Positions 10,321 to 24,268 are shown, numbered from the stretch's first letter. The stretch: 64,000 nucleotides of DNA from Owenia fusiformis (GCA_903813345.2 CAIIXF020000001.1:28210001-28274000); one strand, 5' to 3'. The notes: a model not told the origin generated them from the sequence alone. Program-made: numbers and translations.

Positions 10321-13239
10321 GGCATAGACAACAATGATACACAATAATAGCATGTAAAAAGGATAAAATATAACATAAATATGATTTATCATGATTGAAC
10401 AGTTTTGCTGAAGATGTTTGCACCACACCCTTAATATTTCCTGGTGAGAACACCCTGAAGAGACATAGAGAAGCCATATGTCCAATGGTTCATTTGTCTA
10501 CCTTACCAATAACTCAAATTCATGTTGTCAGATTGGTATATGACAACCTTTAGCATGAGAAGGAAATTCCAAAATGGCCACTTATTTCTAAAAGTTTGCC
10601 ACTTGTTTTAAATGTCATTTTTGTCTAAATTGTACTCTTTGGGAATTTTTGGTTAAATTAAACAACCTCTGAGAACTTTGGAATCAGCCTCCAAATTCAT
10701 AATAACCACCTTTTTTGGTAAGAAAATCTGACACATATTTTATTTTGAATATTTCATGCTCAGTTAGGATGATTTTCAAAATGAAGAGCTTTTTGATAAA
10801 ATATGTTTTTACAATTGGGATTTAAAACTTACTCGTGTTGCTATTTTACTAATTCTAAAAATATTATTTGAGCCCAGCTTGTTCGGCTTAGTAAAGCTTT
10901 ATCTTCATCTTTTTTTAAATCAAATTAAATCTGTAGAAGCCAAATCTCTAAGTTAAATCCCTCTAAAAATTCAGATTGATTTAATTTTGGTTAGTGTTTA
11001 ACAATTTAAGCCTCCATATATATAAACTGAAAGTGCATTTTCTAAATTTTGATGTTTGATCAATCTGATGTAAATAACCCCCCCCCCCCTCCAGCAAATA
11101 TACAAATAAGAGCCAATGAATGTTATTAATGTAACTAACTGACCAAGGAAACATCTGACTTAAACTTTATCATTTTTATGATGTCCAGGGATGGTTTAGG
11201 CAACTCTGTTTTACTCATTTTTGATGGCTGATCAAATCTTGCTAGACAGACTCACTAGATTATGATATATAAGAAACTCTTATCATCTTTTTCCTTGACA
11301 ATATATTTGAAAAAGCTTAGCTTTGAAAAATTGTCTTCATATAATATGCATGAAGCAGCGCTTACTGTAAATTCAAATTAAATAAAATTATTGAAATTAA
11401 TTTCTTTGTTTTAGGACATATCCTGTCTGAAAGTTTAATTTATTGCTTGACCATTAACTCCTTAATTCCTTAATTATTCCTGGATGAATGGCAGGATGTT
11501 ATTACAGAATTAAGCCTCTGTTTACAAAGTGTAAAAGCTCATATTTATCATCATCACAATCTCTAAAATTCCTTCATTATATCTGCATAAAGTTCTTTGA
11601 AAATATTCTCCATCATTCTCAAAAGGTACTATTGAATAAAAATGATAATCAAATAACAGAATACTGCTTCATAAAATATGAGATATTTGTTGCTAAGGTC
11701 ACCTTCCTTCATATCAAACATGGCCGGTGAAATGGAATAAATTCAAGTGGACGTTTTTTCTGCATCGCTCATAAAATTTAGTCTCAATAAATTGGCTCAT
11801 ATATTAGATTGTATGAAGCATTGATCCAGAGATACATTAATGCAAGACCAGAGCTTTTGCAAGTATATCGCCATTCTTATTTTGCATGTGAATGTCACTC
11901 TATGTTTTTATGGCCCAACTATTGATTTTTTTACATTTTAATAATCAGAGAGACGATGAAGAGTGAGCGAGAGCTGCCTTTGACATGTAACTGCAGAGTT
12001 CTCGATGTTGGCATTTTCCAGATCATATTTTAGTACAGTACTTCAATTTCAATTCTAGAGAAGCATGATTCAAAATATTATTAACATTTGGAAAATTCAT
12101 GATGTTACTGGGATGTTTCTATGGAAACTAACTTACATTTCAAGGGGTCTGTCGATGCAGTTATTAAATTTCTGATATCTCTGCATCGCCTCTTGACTAT
12201 TTCAAGACCCAAGTTTGTTATTTCTACAAACTTACATCCTATGTAATCAAAGTACACTTTATAGTTCTCTGATCATTCATTATACATGTTTGTCTTGGAG
12301 TGTAATTAAGGCTTGGCCAGGGATGATGTATAATGAAATCATTTTTCTGCCAATATAACATGACGAAAGTCAATGGGATTAGCCTGACTAAACAAATTCC
12401 TGATTTCAAATATTATCTGAAATGTCAATTCCAAAATTGAATCACATACACAGTTACATTTAAACTAGGTTGGATGTCCCATTTGCATAGATATGTAATA
12501 TGTTCTTTATAGAAAATGGGTTCATCAGCAACTTCACTCACAGAGTTTTTAATAATCGTTTTTTGTAGTCTGAATTATAATGTCTATAAAATGCATCAGA
12601 ATGCTTTTAGAAAGCGCCGTTATATTTTTAGACTATTTATTGTACAAGTATAACATTTTAAATGGGATAGAAGCAATTTCAATTGATCATTTTTCTGAAG
12701 TGAACACAAATGTTTCATTTGGCAAGTGTCATTTTTTAGCAATAATTTCTGAGTTGAACATCGATTGCATTTTAGAATTTCTAGAGAGGTATTAATCTCT
12801 AGAGGTTTTCGATGCAAATACTGAATGATCATTCAATTGTGACATTAAAATATGGAACTCAGGTGCATAACAGCGCAAACCTCTACCCTTTTATGTACTT
12901 CTTCATAATATATGGCATCATAACATTTTTCCGGAAATCATGAAAACATTCCGATGAGCCCTAATTTTACATGTAAAATGCTAGTTTATCTGGCAATAAA
13001 ACGACAGGATGGTGAATTCTTTATCATAATGTTGTATAAACATTGCTCCTTTAGAATCTCTTTTAGAGAAAATGTAAAAAGCCTTAAAACATCAAAGTGG
13101 AGTCACCTGTCATTTGCAACACTGATTAGTTTTAGATATTTTATAATTATCTGTTTGACAAGCACAGTGGGGTAATAGGGCAATATGAATGTATGTATGT
13201 CAAATGACATAAAAAGAAGCCCCATGAACCTTCATAGTG

Positions 13240-14030
13240 AGACAAAGGACTGTATTGTAGGACAAAAGACTATTGTAGGACAAATGACTGTATTAAAGGA
13301 CAAAAGACTGTATTGTAGGACAAATGACTGTATTAAAGGACAAAGGACTGTATTGTAGGACAAATTACTGTATTATATGACAAAGGCCTGTATTGTCGGA
13401 CAAATGACTGTATTAAAGGACAAAGGACTGTATTGTAGGACAAATGACTGTATTAAAGGACAAAGGACTGTATTGTAGGATAAATTATTGTATTATATGA
13501 CAAAGGCCTGTATTGTCAGACAAATGACTATCACAGGACAAAATACTGTATTGTAGGAAAATTGACTGTATCATAGGACAATTGACTGTATTGCAGGAGA
13601 AATGGATGCGTTAAAGGACAAAGGACTGTATTGTTGGACAAAGGATTGTATAGTAGGACAGTGGGCTGTATAGTAGGACAATGGGCTGTATAGTAGGGTA
13701 ATGGGCTGTATAGTAGGGCAATGGATAGTATGGAAGGACAATGGGCTGTATAGTAGGGCAATGGACAGTATGGAAGGACAATGGAATGTTCTGAATAGCA
13801 GGACAGTAGGCTGTATAGAAGGGTAATAGACTGTTCTGTTCTGAACAATGGGCTGTATCATGTGACAAAAGGACTGTATTGTAAGACAACAGACTGTATT
13901 GTAGGATAGCGGATTGTATAGTAGGACAAAATATTATGATGACAGGACTGTATAGATGGCTGTAAGGAAGGACAGACTAAAATATTCAAAGGACTGAATA
14001 GTGAGACAATGGACAATGGACTGTATAATA
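13240..14030. repeat. 20-bp minisatellite (GGACAAAGGACTGTATTGTA) with higher-order variants
   Basis: Clear 20-bp period that degenerates rightwards to GGACAATGGGCTGTATAGTA. Confidence 0.92.
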
Positions 14031-17000
14031 GCACCAAGGACATTATATACAATACTAAGTATTGTTTTCAACTCTATGTATTATAGGTGACAAGTGACAC
14101 TGCCTGTCTCACTACATACTACTTAACTCAAATATATTCAGTGGACATATAAACTGAAGATATGAAAATAAAAATTTGATCAATTGAATAACCAACCTGT
14201 AGAACATGTTTACTACAACTTCAATTTTTTATGGGAAATTATACTCGCACATACTCACGTGCATTCTCCTTGTGTGATTTTGTAATAAATCAAATATAAT
14301 GTTAATTTAAAGCTAGTTAGAAAGACAGTTAACATTGCCCAAAACCGCATATTACTTGATCATATAAAATATGATATCTTTTTTTATATTTCATTTAGGA
14401 AACCTGATTAAGATTTTCAATGAAGCTTAGTAATCATGCAAATGTTTGCGATTAAATTCTTCCCGTGGCCAGTAAATGTTTGATTATGTTTCTGAGAATC
14501 TAATTTGAGTTGTTGTGTAAAGTAACTTGGGGATGTTCCAGCACCTGAGACCCTATATTAAACATGAAAATCATCGATTTTTAAATCATCATTGATCTTT
14601 GTATTGTACTTGTTTTATTTCATACAAACTGTACATATTGATATGAAGTGAAAACTCGGATGCACTTAAGCCTTATTAAAATTAAAAACTTCAATTATCT
14701 GCATCCCTAAATGAGTTTAATTTGTGTAAATGATGACACTGTTGCTATGGTTACCATGATGGTAATTATTTTCATTATGTTACATATTGAGTTTTTATAA
14801 TTAGAATTATTTATGATTTATAGTTGTAGTTTTTACACTCTATCTCTGTAAAACAGAATAATGCATACATTTTGAAATAAAATGCATGACTGAATACTGG
14901 ATGTGAATGTGAATACTTTATTTGGAACATAATACTCTTTGTCATTAGCATGAGATTCTTTTTATATTTTATTTTTAATTTATTACATCTTGACTTGTTT
15001 TTCTGTAAATTAGTTTCTTGTTTCAAGAAATTTTACTTCCCGGTTTCCCATTTCGCCTTAATGTTAAAAATACCAGTATGCATTGGTACATGTATGTGTC
15101 CGCAACTTCATATATTGCTTTCTATTAATACCCCCCCCCACCACCAACTTTAAGCTGAGAAATAGATAGGAGGACTAAAAGAGACTTCGTAGAAACATAT
15201 GGTGACTTCATATGAAGACTTCGCTAGATTTGAAATTTCATCAAGAGAGTACAGTTCGTTATAATTTGTAAATATTATTTCTACATGTATTCATTTCACT
15301 AAATAATGAAGAGTGAATTTCAAGTTTGTAAATAGGTCAGAGTGTCCATCAGGAGTTTTAGGAGCATCAATGAATGAATCTCAAGATAGGGATAAATAAA
15401 TAGCAACCACAGGGGTTTCATAAATCATGCATTGCAAATATATGATTAAAGTAGTTTTTTCAATTTTTCACTACATTATTATAAATGTGGAAATTATTTT
15501 GATTAGTTTAATTTTATCATGTTTTTTATGTATGTGTGTTGTCTTTTACTCTTTTTAATTTCAGTGTTGACTTTTGATTGATTCAAGTCTTGTATTAACC
15601 CGCCTCATGAATCCCCATTCTCTTGTGGTTTCACTGGTTTGTTTTGAAGAAGGGAGGGGGTGACCAGAAACTTGATGTTAAACTTCTTTCATCATGACCA
15701 TATGTACTAAAATCTCCAAGGTAACCCTAGGTTCCAGCAGGATATTTTTGTTTACGGTAATTATATTCAATCATATATCTATGAACTGACATCTGGCGCA
15801 TTAAGTTTTGAAAAATTTCTCAACAATTTACACCAGCTGTAATGAGGAGTTAGTTTTAATGATTTAATTATATGCATGTTGCCAGGCCTTTAACTTAATT
15901 ACTGTAATCACATAACAAATTTATCGGCCCTGTAATCTGAATATTTATTATGATAGCATGGTATTTGTTAAAGACAGGTGTATAGAGAATATGCTAACTA
16001 ACTAAACCTAACTATTTACAGAAGACATGAATTTCTCTCGTAAGCAGGTTACATCTTTTTGAACAGGTTCACATGTAACAGGTGAACACAGGAATTCATC
16101 ACCCATCCAACTCCTAAACTTCACTTCAAAAATGTCTTTGTGCTCATAACCTCTATTTTGGTACTACTCATCAGCTACATGAAAGCATGGAATTCAACTG
16201 TGGAAAATTTCAACTTTACTTTTTTTCACTCAAACTTTTTTAGGAATTTCATATACTCATACTAAATTTTTACCTGTGTAGTGTATATGAGTTACTTTAA
16301 TTAATTCTTTTCATACATATGCCTTTTATTTTTTATTTGTACTTCATTGCTCATTCTTGTAAGTTCAACTTCAAATGAGGTTCAATTGATATGTTTTAAT
16401 CCATGTCGTTGGTTGTCACATCAATCAACATTTCCGATACAACTTTATCACTCTCGTCCAGATTCCTGCTTCCGAATATCAATCTCATTTCTCATATTCT
16501 TTTTATGTGTACTAATATCTTAATTTAATTAAATTCTTTCTGAAAAATGGATTGCCAGGCGCTGAAGACAAAAGAATTGATTTCATTCTTCACTTTGTGA
16601 TATTTGCTCAACATTTGATGAATGGTTATCAGACAGCTTTCCAGATTTTTCAAATTAAAATTTTAATGTTTAATGTTGCTGGAGTGGCACTTATTTGTAA
16701 GTACCTTTATCAGAAATTGCGCAGGTTTAATTACTGACTTGGGTCTTGCAGATTTTCTTAACTAGCAAACCCATCTGTCAAAGTCTATTTTCAAACGCTG
16801 AGATGCTCATTTGAAATGCTTTCCAAGCCGGTCGCTAAAAATATCCATTTTTATCATGGAGGAAACATTTGAACATGCACCATAATTTTGTTTTTGGCTT
16901 AACATTAACTTGGATAACTTTGGCGCACTTAACTGGCCTTAGAATAGAAATACATGTACTGGTTCCATGGTATGTGGTTACCAATTTATAAAAATATGTT

Positions 17001-17893
17001 CCAGGATTATTTTTTGCCGATTTTGTTTTCAATAAATCTGGTTGATTCTCTAAATGGTCTATCTAAATGTGTGCTTAGTAATTCGAGAAATGTACCCTGC
17101 TAATGTAATTGATGCATTTTGATGAATGTTTACATGGTGTGTAAAGTGCGATAAATTCCAATATTCATAAAAAAAAGTTAACAATGGCATTTTATTCGTA
17201 TTAAGCTTTTCAATTGTACATGTGTTAGTCATTATATCCCATCTATATTATGATATAGATAAGGGGAAAAATCAATAGGTAGCCAGCTAGTTTTCCTAAG
17301 GAAATCATATACAATCCATATTAGATTGCATCAAAGTGCTCTCAACTCTTGGATTTTCAATTAGGGGATAAAATCAATAGAAATCTGACTATGGACTGTA
17401 AAGAATGCCATATACTGATAGGGTGGTTGTTAAGTATGGTTTTCAAGCAAGCTTTCTGATTTTGTTCACATAAGATGTAGTGATCTTTGTAAATTATCAG
17501 AATTATGAAAAATCAAAGTATACAGTGTACAAAATTAATGAGTGAAAGAGCTCTTTTATCCAATTACAGCTTTTTAAACATACTCTGAATTATCCTTTCA
17601 TTGTATATATAGATTGAGGTCAAGGTAGATGGGATGGGGGATGGGAGCATAACTTTGGTCCTACTCTCTTAATTAAATGAGCCTACTTTTCTAGCGTTAT
17701 CAATTTTAATGGAAAGGTTCCATTTCATATATGTTTGTCATAAAAATAGAAGGATGAGATGTATTATGATCGATCATGGGCACTTTTGTAACATAAATGA
17801 TATCACCAAGTTGTGTATGGGTTAGTTACACGAATATGAGATGTGAATACCACTAAAGTGAATTTAATCATTTTGATGTAGGACATACAAGTA

Positions 17894-17932
17894 CAGTAAA
17901 ACCTGTCTTTTTCAAACACACTGGGAACCAGC
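17894..17932. mobile_element. Left end of a TA-flanked CAGTAAAACC MITE (Tc1/mariner-pogo type), interrupted by later insertions
   Basis: TA|CAGTAAAACCTGTC...AAACAC is the same terminus as intact copies at 21054, 43028 and 46777. A matching right end GGTTTTACTG|TA is at about 20385-20500. Confidence 0.6.
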
Positions 17933-17935
17933 TAA

Positions 17936-18742
17936 CCCTACTATCACACCAAACAAGTTCTCACTACGTTCTCGAAAACGGGCTTCCACTGTGTACGAAC
18001 GGACTGGACCTACTAAGAACCGTTTGGGATCTATTTACAAACTTCATCGAACGTACTCGAACGGGTAGGTCCTCTAGAACTTAGACAATGCTCAAAAGTT
18101 CTCGTGGTCGTCACGTTCTACAATTAGAATGAGTGACAACGTACTAGCGACGAACTGGACGTACTACGAACGGAACCGTCGTACTTCAATCCTACTAGGG
18201 ACGTTTTAACAACGAGTTGAACTGTCTGAGGACGTGTTGAGAACGAGGTAGAACTAATTGCAAACGGGTTTAAACTGATTAAGAACGTATTTAACACTGC
18301 ATATGAACGAGTTAGCAAAAATATAGCTATCACACCAAACAAGTTGCCACTGCGTTCTTCAAAACTGGTTTTAAACTGTGTGCGAACGGAATGAACGTAG
18401 CTGCAACTTTCTAAGGTCTATTTACGAACTTTATGAACGTTCTCAGACGGGAATGTGATTTTAGAATTTTGAATCGATTCAAAATTCGATGGCGACCATA
18501 CCGTTCTTTAATCAGGTCATGTTGACCTTCTAGACTAAGGGACGCGTTCTACGACGTTGCACACCGACGTGGTGCGACATGAACGAACTGCAAACGAGAT
18601 GGACGTATTGAAGACTGTTTAAGAACGAAGAAGCTAATTATTTCAGACATATTTCCCGACCACAGCCAGATTGAGCCTGTTTTACGACATTTTCGTAGGA
18701 CTGGCAAGAACGGGTAAGAACTAGTTTGGTGTGATAGGGGGG
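17936..18742. mobile_element. PIF/Harbinger-type non-autonomous element, TAA TSD, internal duplication
   Basis: TAA|CCCTACTATCACACCAAACAAGTTCT ... AGAACTAGTTTGGTGTGATAGGGGGG|TAA. A second diverged copy of the left end starts at 18328. CpG-rich. Confidence 0.85.
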
Positions 18743-18796
18743 TAAAAGGATGCAGATTATGATGTTTTTTGTTTGTTTTATTGCGAACAGTAAGCT

Positions 18797-18972
18797 TGTA
18801 TTCGTGAATGCAACTTTCGGGTGTCGGCTACCGGATTAACCTACTATTTTATGGGCAACTCATTTAAATATGAATAGAACCTGCCACTATTCCATTCATA
18901 TTTAAATGAGTTGGTTATAGAATAGTAGGTTAATCCGGGAGCCGACAGCCGAAAGTTACATTTGCAAATATA
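18797..18972. repeat. Fold-back palindrome (about 83-bp arms, 10-nt loop), probable MITE
   Basis: Arms align with about 12 mismatches around loop CCTGCCACTA. Confidence 0.9.
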
Positions 18973-19028
18973 TGCTAATTTATCTGTAAATCAGAATTCA
19001 TTTTGATCATAATGTCAGTATAATAGTA

Positions 19029-20238
19029 ATTATCCCATCGAACGAAGTTCGGAGGGATATAGGGAACGCCTCCGTCCGTCCGTCCGTCCGTCCGTCCGTA
19101 CGTACGTCCGTACGTACGTCCGTCCGTCCGTCCATCCGTCCGTCTGTCCGTCCGTCCGTCCGGGCAATAACTCAAATACTGTTGGCCCGATTTTGTTCAT
19201 ATTTTGTACACATATACCCTATGGGGGTAGAAGTTCTGCTCGAAAGCCGATTTTCAAAATGGCCGCTCATTTCAAAATGGCGGCCATTTTAGTGCCGATT
19301 TTACAGTAATTTAGGTGTAATATGTAAAACTGTAATAGCAATATGTTTAAAATGTAAAAAAATTATAAAGGACATTAATAATGCTACAAATGTAGATATT
19401 AAAGAAGCACATGGCAGCCATCTTGAAAAATGGCGGCCTTTACTCGTCATTTTACGATTTTTGCTATAACTCAAAAAATAGTGGAGCGATTTTGTTCATA
19501 TTTGGTATGTGAATACTATAAGCATTGCACACTGTCTAAAGACACTTTTGGTAGAAGGCGGCCATTTTGAAAAATGGCCGCCATTTTAACGTATTTTACT
19601 ATAACTCGAAAAGTAGTGGAGCGATTTTGTTCATATTTGGTATGTGAATACTATAAGCATGGCACACTGTCCTATGACACTTTTGGTAGAAGGTGGCCAT
19701 TTTGAAAAAAATTTGGAAAAATGGCCTTCATTTTAATGTATTTTACTATAACCCGAAAAGTAGTGGAGTGATTTTGTTCATATTTGGTATGTGAATACTA
19801 TAAGCATGGCACACTGTCTATTTCTAATGACGCTTTTGGTAGACAGTGGCCATTTTGAAAAATGGCTGCCATTTTAATGTATTTTACTATAACTCGTAAA
19901 GTAGTGGAGCGATTTTGTTCATATTTGATATGTGAATACTTTAAGCATGGCACATTGTCTAATAAAACTTTGGGGAGTAGTCGGCCATTTTGAAAAATGG
20001 CCACCATTTTTATGTGTGTTATTTTACAAGTACGTGTGCGATTTTTCAAAAATTTTAGAGGTGGCTACTTTAAAGCATATTATTTCTTCTGATCACAACT
20101 TGGCTAGTGAGCAACCATTTTGAAAATGGTGGCCTTTCTGGCGTGTTGTTTTATGATATTTGCTATTTGTTTGTAAAAATGCCAGCCATTTCTGTTCGAT
20201 GGGATTTGCTACGCTTTGGCGTTGCCGTTGTTCTGGTT
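19029..20238 (+). mobile_element. Helentron/DINE-1-like non-autonomous element (HINE), copy 1, 4 internal tandem units
   Basis: SubTIRs ATCCCATCGAAC ... GTTCGATGGGAT, 5' hairpin, (GTCC)n microsatellite, four 135-147-bp units, 3' stem-loop GCTACGC-TTTG-GCGTTGC, T-rich ends, no TSD. Confidence 0.9.
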
Positions 20239-20719
20239 AAGCCATTTACTGTCAATTAGAAACATTTGTTTTTGTATACATATGTTTGTTCACTGTCCAA
20301 ATTGAGAGACGTCTACATATGATTTATTGTTTTTAACATGGGAGCCAATGGTAGACAATAAATGGTCCAAATGTAATCATGTTGAGAGGTGTTCAGACAA
20401 AAGAGGTTTTCAGACAAAAGAGGTATTCAGACAAAAGAGGTGTTCAGACAAAAGAGGTGTTCAGACAAAAAAGGTTTTCGGATATGAAGGTTTTACTGTA
20501 TTTAACAGAATGAATGCTGGTTGGACTTAGCCTCTCTGAAAATTATATCTTAAAATCTAAGATATGTGTTATTGGTACTGAAAATAGAATGAGGTAACAT
20601 TGATCCTTTTCTTTCCTGCTCATTGACATCTTTCAAGCATTTTCAGATCAGAAAAATCGAAGTACTAGAAATGGTTTATTCGAAAGATCAATGGCCTTTA
20701 AAAAATTAATACTCAAATC

Positions 20720-20925
20720 ATCGTTGGAAGGTGGGATTTATGAATGTGCCTACCCCCCCTCCCCCCTAGAAAGATTCATAAATGTGCCATTAAAACCCCT
20801 CCCCCATCAGGGCTTACATATAAGATCTTAATGTTGAATAGATTCTCTGGTCACCCCCCAAATAGATTCATGAATGCGCCTACACCCCCCTCCCCCACCA
20901 GGGATTACATATATGACCTGTGTTG
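20720..20925. repeat. Degenerate C-rich tandem repeat
   Basis: Recurring GATTCATGAATGYGCC-(C)n and CAGGGxTTACATAT blocks. Confidence 0.6.
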
Positions 20926-21053
20926 AATATAGTATCTAGTCATCCCTCTCCCTTATCTCTTACCATTTGTACAGAGAGGTAAGGATGGAGCGAGATGTTC
21001 AGTTTTGCCAGAATCAATAAAATTTTGGCATGCGAAGGCTCATTCAGTATATA

Positions 21054-21221
21054 CAGTAAAACCTGTATATCGATGAACACTTTTTTCTGTCCCATTTTTA
21101 ATCTGCCAACACTTAATTCCATAAGCCTACATGTTGAAGAATCTAGGAATATGAAAACACAATAATACAAAAACTATTTGCTGATGATTTCAAAGGTGTT
21201 CATATTAGACAGGCTTTACTG
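21054..21221. mobile_element. TA-flanked MITE (CAGTAAAACCTG family)
   Basis: TA|CAGTAAAACCTGTATATCGATGAACAC ... GTGTTCATATTAGACAGGCTTTACTG|TA. Confidence 0.8.
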
Positions 21222-21502
21222 TATAGGGTATGTCAGTTCAGAGGCCTAAAGCTAGTTCATTTCAATCTTGGCCAGCTGATTTTTATAGCATGTATAGAGA
21301 GATAATGTAATAAGTGATCTGTAATTCATTTTTGACCAGTATGTATGAAATCCTTGTGCCTCCCCTGAAATGTATGTTTACCTAATGTAAAGTATCTTTA
21401 AGAAATGTCGAATTTTGCTGAAAAAAGAAACTTTAAACGTTCAATGTGTTATGCTGTTATGAACTACTAATGCTGTTATCTATTTTAGTCATCAGATGAT
21501 AA

Positions 21503-21713
21503 AAGTAAATAGATAAAATAGACTAGATTCGAGTAGAAATAATCTTGATTTATGTCATTAAATATTCAAAATTCAGTCAAAATGATGTCATTTGTGAAAT
21601 CTTCATAAAAAAATACATCTAAAAATATGGTTTGAAAATTGTTTATCAACTTCTAGTTCAGGGAGATTCCCCATAGACCCCATGTTATAAAATCATAAAA
21701 AGTGAAATATCTT
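21503..21713 (+). repeat. Dispersed repeat; inverted partner at 44192-44416
   Basis: GAGTAGAAATAATCTTGATTTATGTCATTAAATATTCAAAATT...AAATATGGTTTGAAAATTGTTTATCAACTT...CCCATGTTATAAAATCATAAAAAGTGAAATATCTT matches the reverse complement of 44192-44416. Confidence 0.85.
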
Positions 21714-21885
21714 TTCTTGTATTGGACAAATATTTTCTTTTACTGGACATGGTGGCGAAACTGGTACATGTAACTACCTACTCACAATTTTGTACTTTGA
21801 ACACTACACAGCACTGTACTCAAACATACTGAACATTAACAAACTCTTAATGTTCCGTACAGTATTATGCTTTCAGAGTTTGGAT

Positions 21886-22008
21886 TTGCAGTTTTTCACC
21901 ATTTTGAGCACTTCTCAAGTGATTTTAGCCATATTTGGGCCAAATTGTCAAACGTGAACCCCCCCCTGGAAATTTTTGAAAACTGAACCCCCCCTGGCTA
22001 CGGGCCTG
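21886..22008 (-). mobile_element. Partial reverse copy of the CAGGCCCGTAGCCAGG MITE
   Basis: Ends in CCCCCTGGCTACGGGCCTG; the internal sequence is the reverse complement of about 36005-36090. Confidence 0.8.
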
Positions 22009-24268
22009 ACGAGATCCCCCTTCTACATACCTAAAATATAACATTTAAGTTTAAGAGAAACCTCTTTACTTGCACAGATAACCAGAGCTTGTCATTGCCA
22101 GAAGGGCATTTTGAGTACATGGTCATTTTCCCTAGTCAAGACTCCTTTTACTGAACATTGACCAACAATTTATTGAGACTACTTTCTTTCTTGTTGCTGA
22201 TTGGTTGAGAAAGTGTAGGTGCAGTAGGTTTGATTCGATTTATGACCTGGGCTGTGACGGCTATCAGTGATGTCTCAGGGAGGGACTGCTAAACTGTAAA
22301 ATTATCTTGAACTGTTCAGAGGTTAGTTTAGAATGATTCCCTCTGCTCAGGGAGACTAGAGACTTAATTTAAAACTAGATCCTGCTTGGCGTATAGATTA
22401 AGTTTTGTTTATATAATACCATGTTCTATTTCTCATCTCATTAAAACATCGAGTTGATTTCTAAACTAGATACCAGAATCTAATTTTGCCTTCGCTATCT
22501 TGATTCTTTAGATGATGATGACTCTAACATAATGCAAAATGAGATATATTAAAAAAGCTGACTCAGTTATTGAATTTCTTTTATTTGATATGTTTAATTT
22601 AATCCTCTTGCATCTTTCGAGAATTTATGGGAATGAGTTTGTTTGTTTTTGCTCTCATGCTATCATAGATTTTTATGTTCAGTCCGTCTATTTACAATGT
22701 ACTTTGATACGGTATATATCTAAATCATGCTGTTTTTTACACATAAGATAGATGAGTATAAAATATTGCGGGAGATTATTATTACTGCATTATATTGTGA
22801 AAGTTTATTAAAATAACATGTCTCTGATCAACAAAGGCATAATAATCTATTTTATTTTCCTGTGTTTTAATATACTTGAAAAAGAGATCAACAAAAAATC
22901 GATCATTTTTTATGGTTACTCAGCGTAATAGCAATTTTTAATATGCTGTTTGCATGTTAGATCTGAAACGATCGCCATTTGGTACATCCTTGAATGTGGC
23001 TTTTCATCTCACTTTATATGATTCTTTGGTCATGCCTCTTGAAATTGTATTGTATTTAATCATTTTGTAGCTCAGAACTCATCTAATAGCACTTTAAATC
23101 CGGTAAAACATTGCCTTTTTGGCTGTTTCTACAGCTTACAATTTTTGAAATAATTAAGTCAAAAGCATTCTCAAGTGACACTTGGTCAAAAATGTTTTAA
23201 TGTTGAAACATTAAAAGGGATTCTGAGGAAAGTCAAAGAAAATTCAAGAACTACTTCTTCATAATTTTCCCAAATTAAGTTGGTAGTGACTTCTTTTACA
23301 TATACAGGGTGTCTCCAAAAAGTATATTTAAGGACACACATAGAATAATCTCTGAGTCATGAAGGAAGATTGGATTTCTTTCAATTTGGTCATATGATAG
23401 ACAATTTAAAGTATCATAAACATCAGCAATTTTCTGTATTCAGTTGATTTGTGTTTGAATAATTGGTAACCATTGTTTTATATATTCACTTGGTTGGTGG
23501 CCATTGTTATTTGTATTCAGTTGATTGGTGATTATTGCAATTTCTATTCATGTGATGAGTGCATTCAAAGGATCTACACAGACCTGGTAATGTCAGGAAA
23601 TTTGAGTTGAGCCACATATGAAATGAAATTTTGTATCAGAGTTGAAATAGCAAAAAAATAAATTGCCTGTTCAACCGTTGATGGATTTCTAGAGGCTGCA
23701 CAAAAATATCTGGAACTTGATATTTTTGCCTACCTCTTTCAAGAAGCAAAATCAAAATATTTGAAAGAGTGGAAATGTTGGAAAGATGTCAGGAAAACCC
23801 ATCCTCCTAAGCAGGTGTCCAGAATCCGTACCTCCTTCTTCCCCCCTGCTATAACCAATTTGGAAGCCCCCGATTTAACTGAATCACGTTATCTAATTAT
23901 GCGCAATGACTTGTATAAGATTTCTGTCTCAGTGTTGGGACAGCCAATCAGATTGCGAGTTCTTAATCGGGGATATGCTAACTGCTTATCGCAGGGGGTA
24001 AAAAGAAAGAATATATTCTGGATTTTGAAGCCCTGTGATCGGAGGATTGGAAACCCAGTTTAGGTAGTTTGTGGTCATTGAATTCATGTGTTCGGTGACC
24101 ATTTCATTCAAGTTATTGGGGACCATGTATTCTGGGATTATTTAGAAATATTGTGACTTAAAGTATTTATTTTGTATTTTACAGGTGCCATTGGAGGTGG
24201 TATTATTAATATTTTGTTTTATTTTGTATTTTACAGGTGATGTATAAATCTGGCATTTCACAGACATT

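Noticed and set aside
13531..14052. Overlapping minus-strand ORFs rich in YCP/TIQP
   Set aside because: Translations of the 20-bp minisatellite.
18975..19175. ORF with DGRT repeats (also 28433..28636)
   Set aside because: Reverse translation of the HINE (GTCC)n microsatellite.
23761..24063. 100-aa ORF upstream of CAAP1
   Set aside because: TTG start and no recognisable domain; the region looks more like a promoter.
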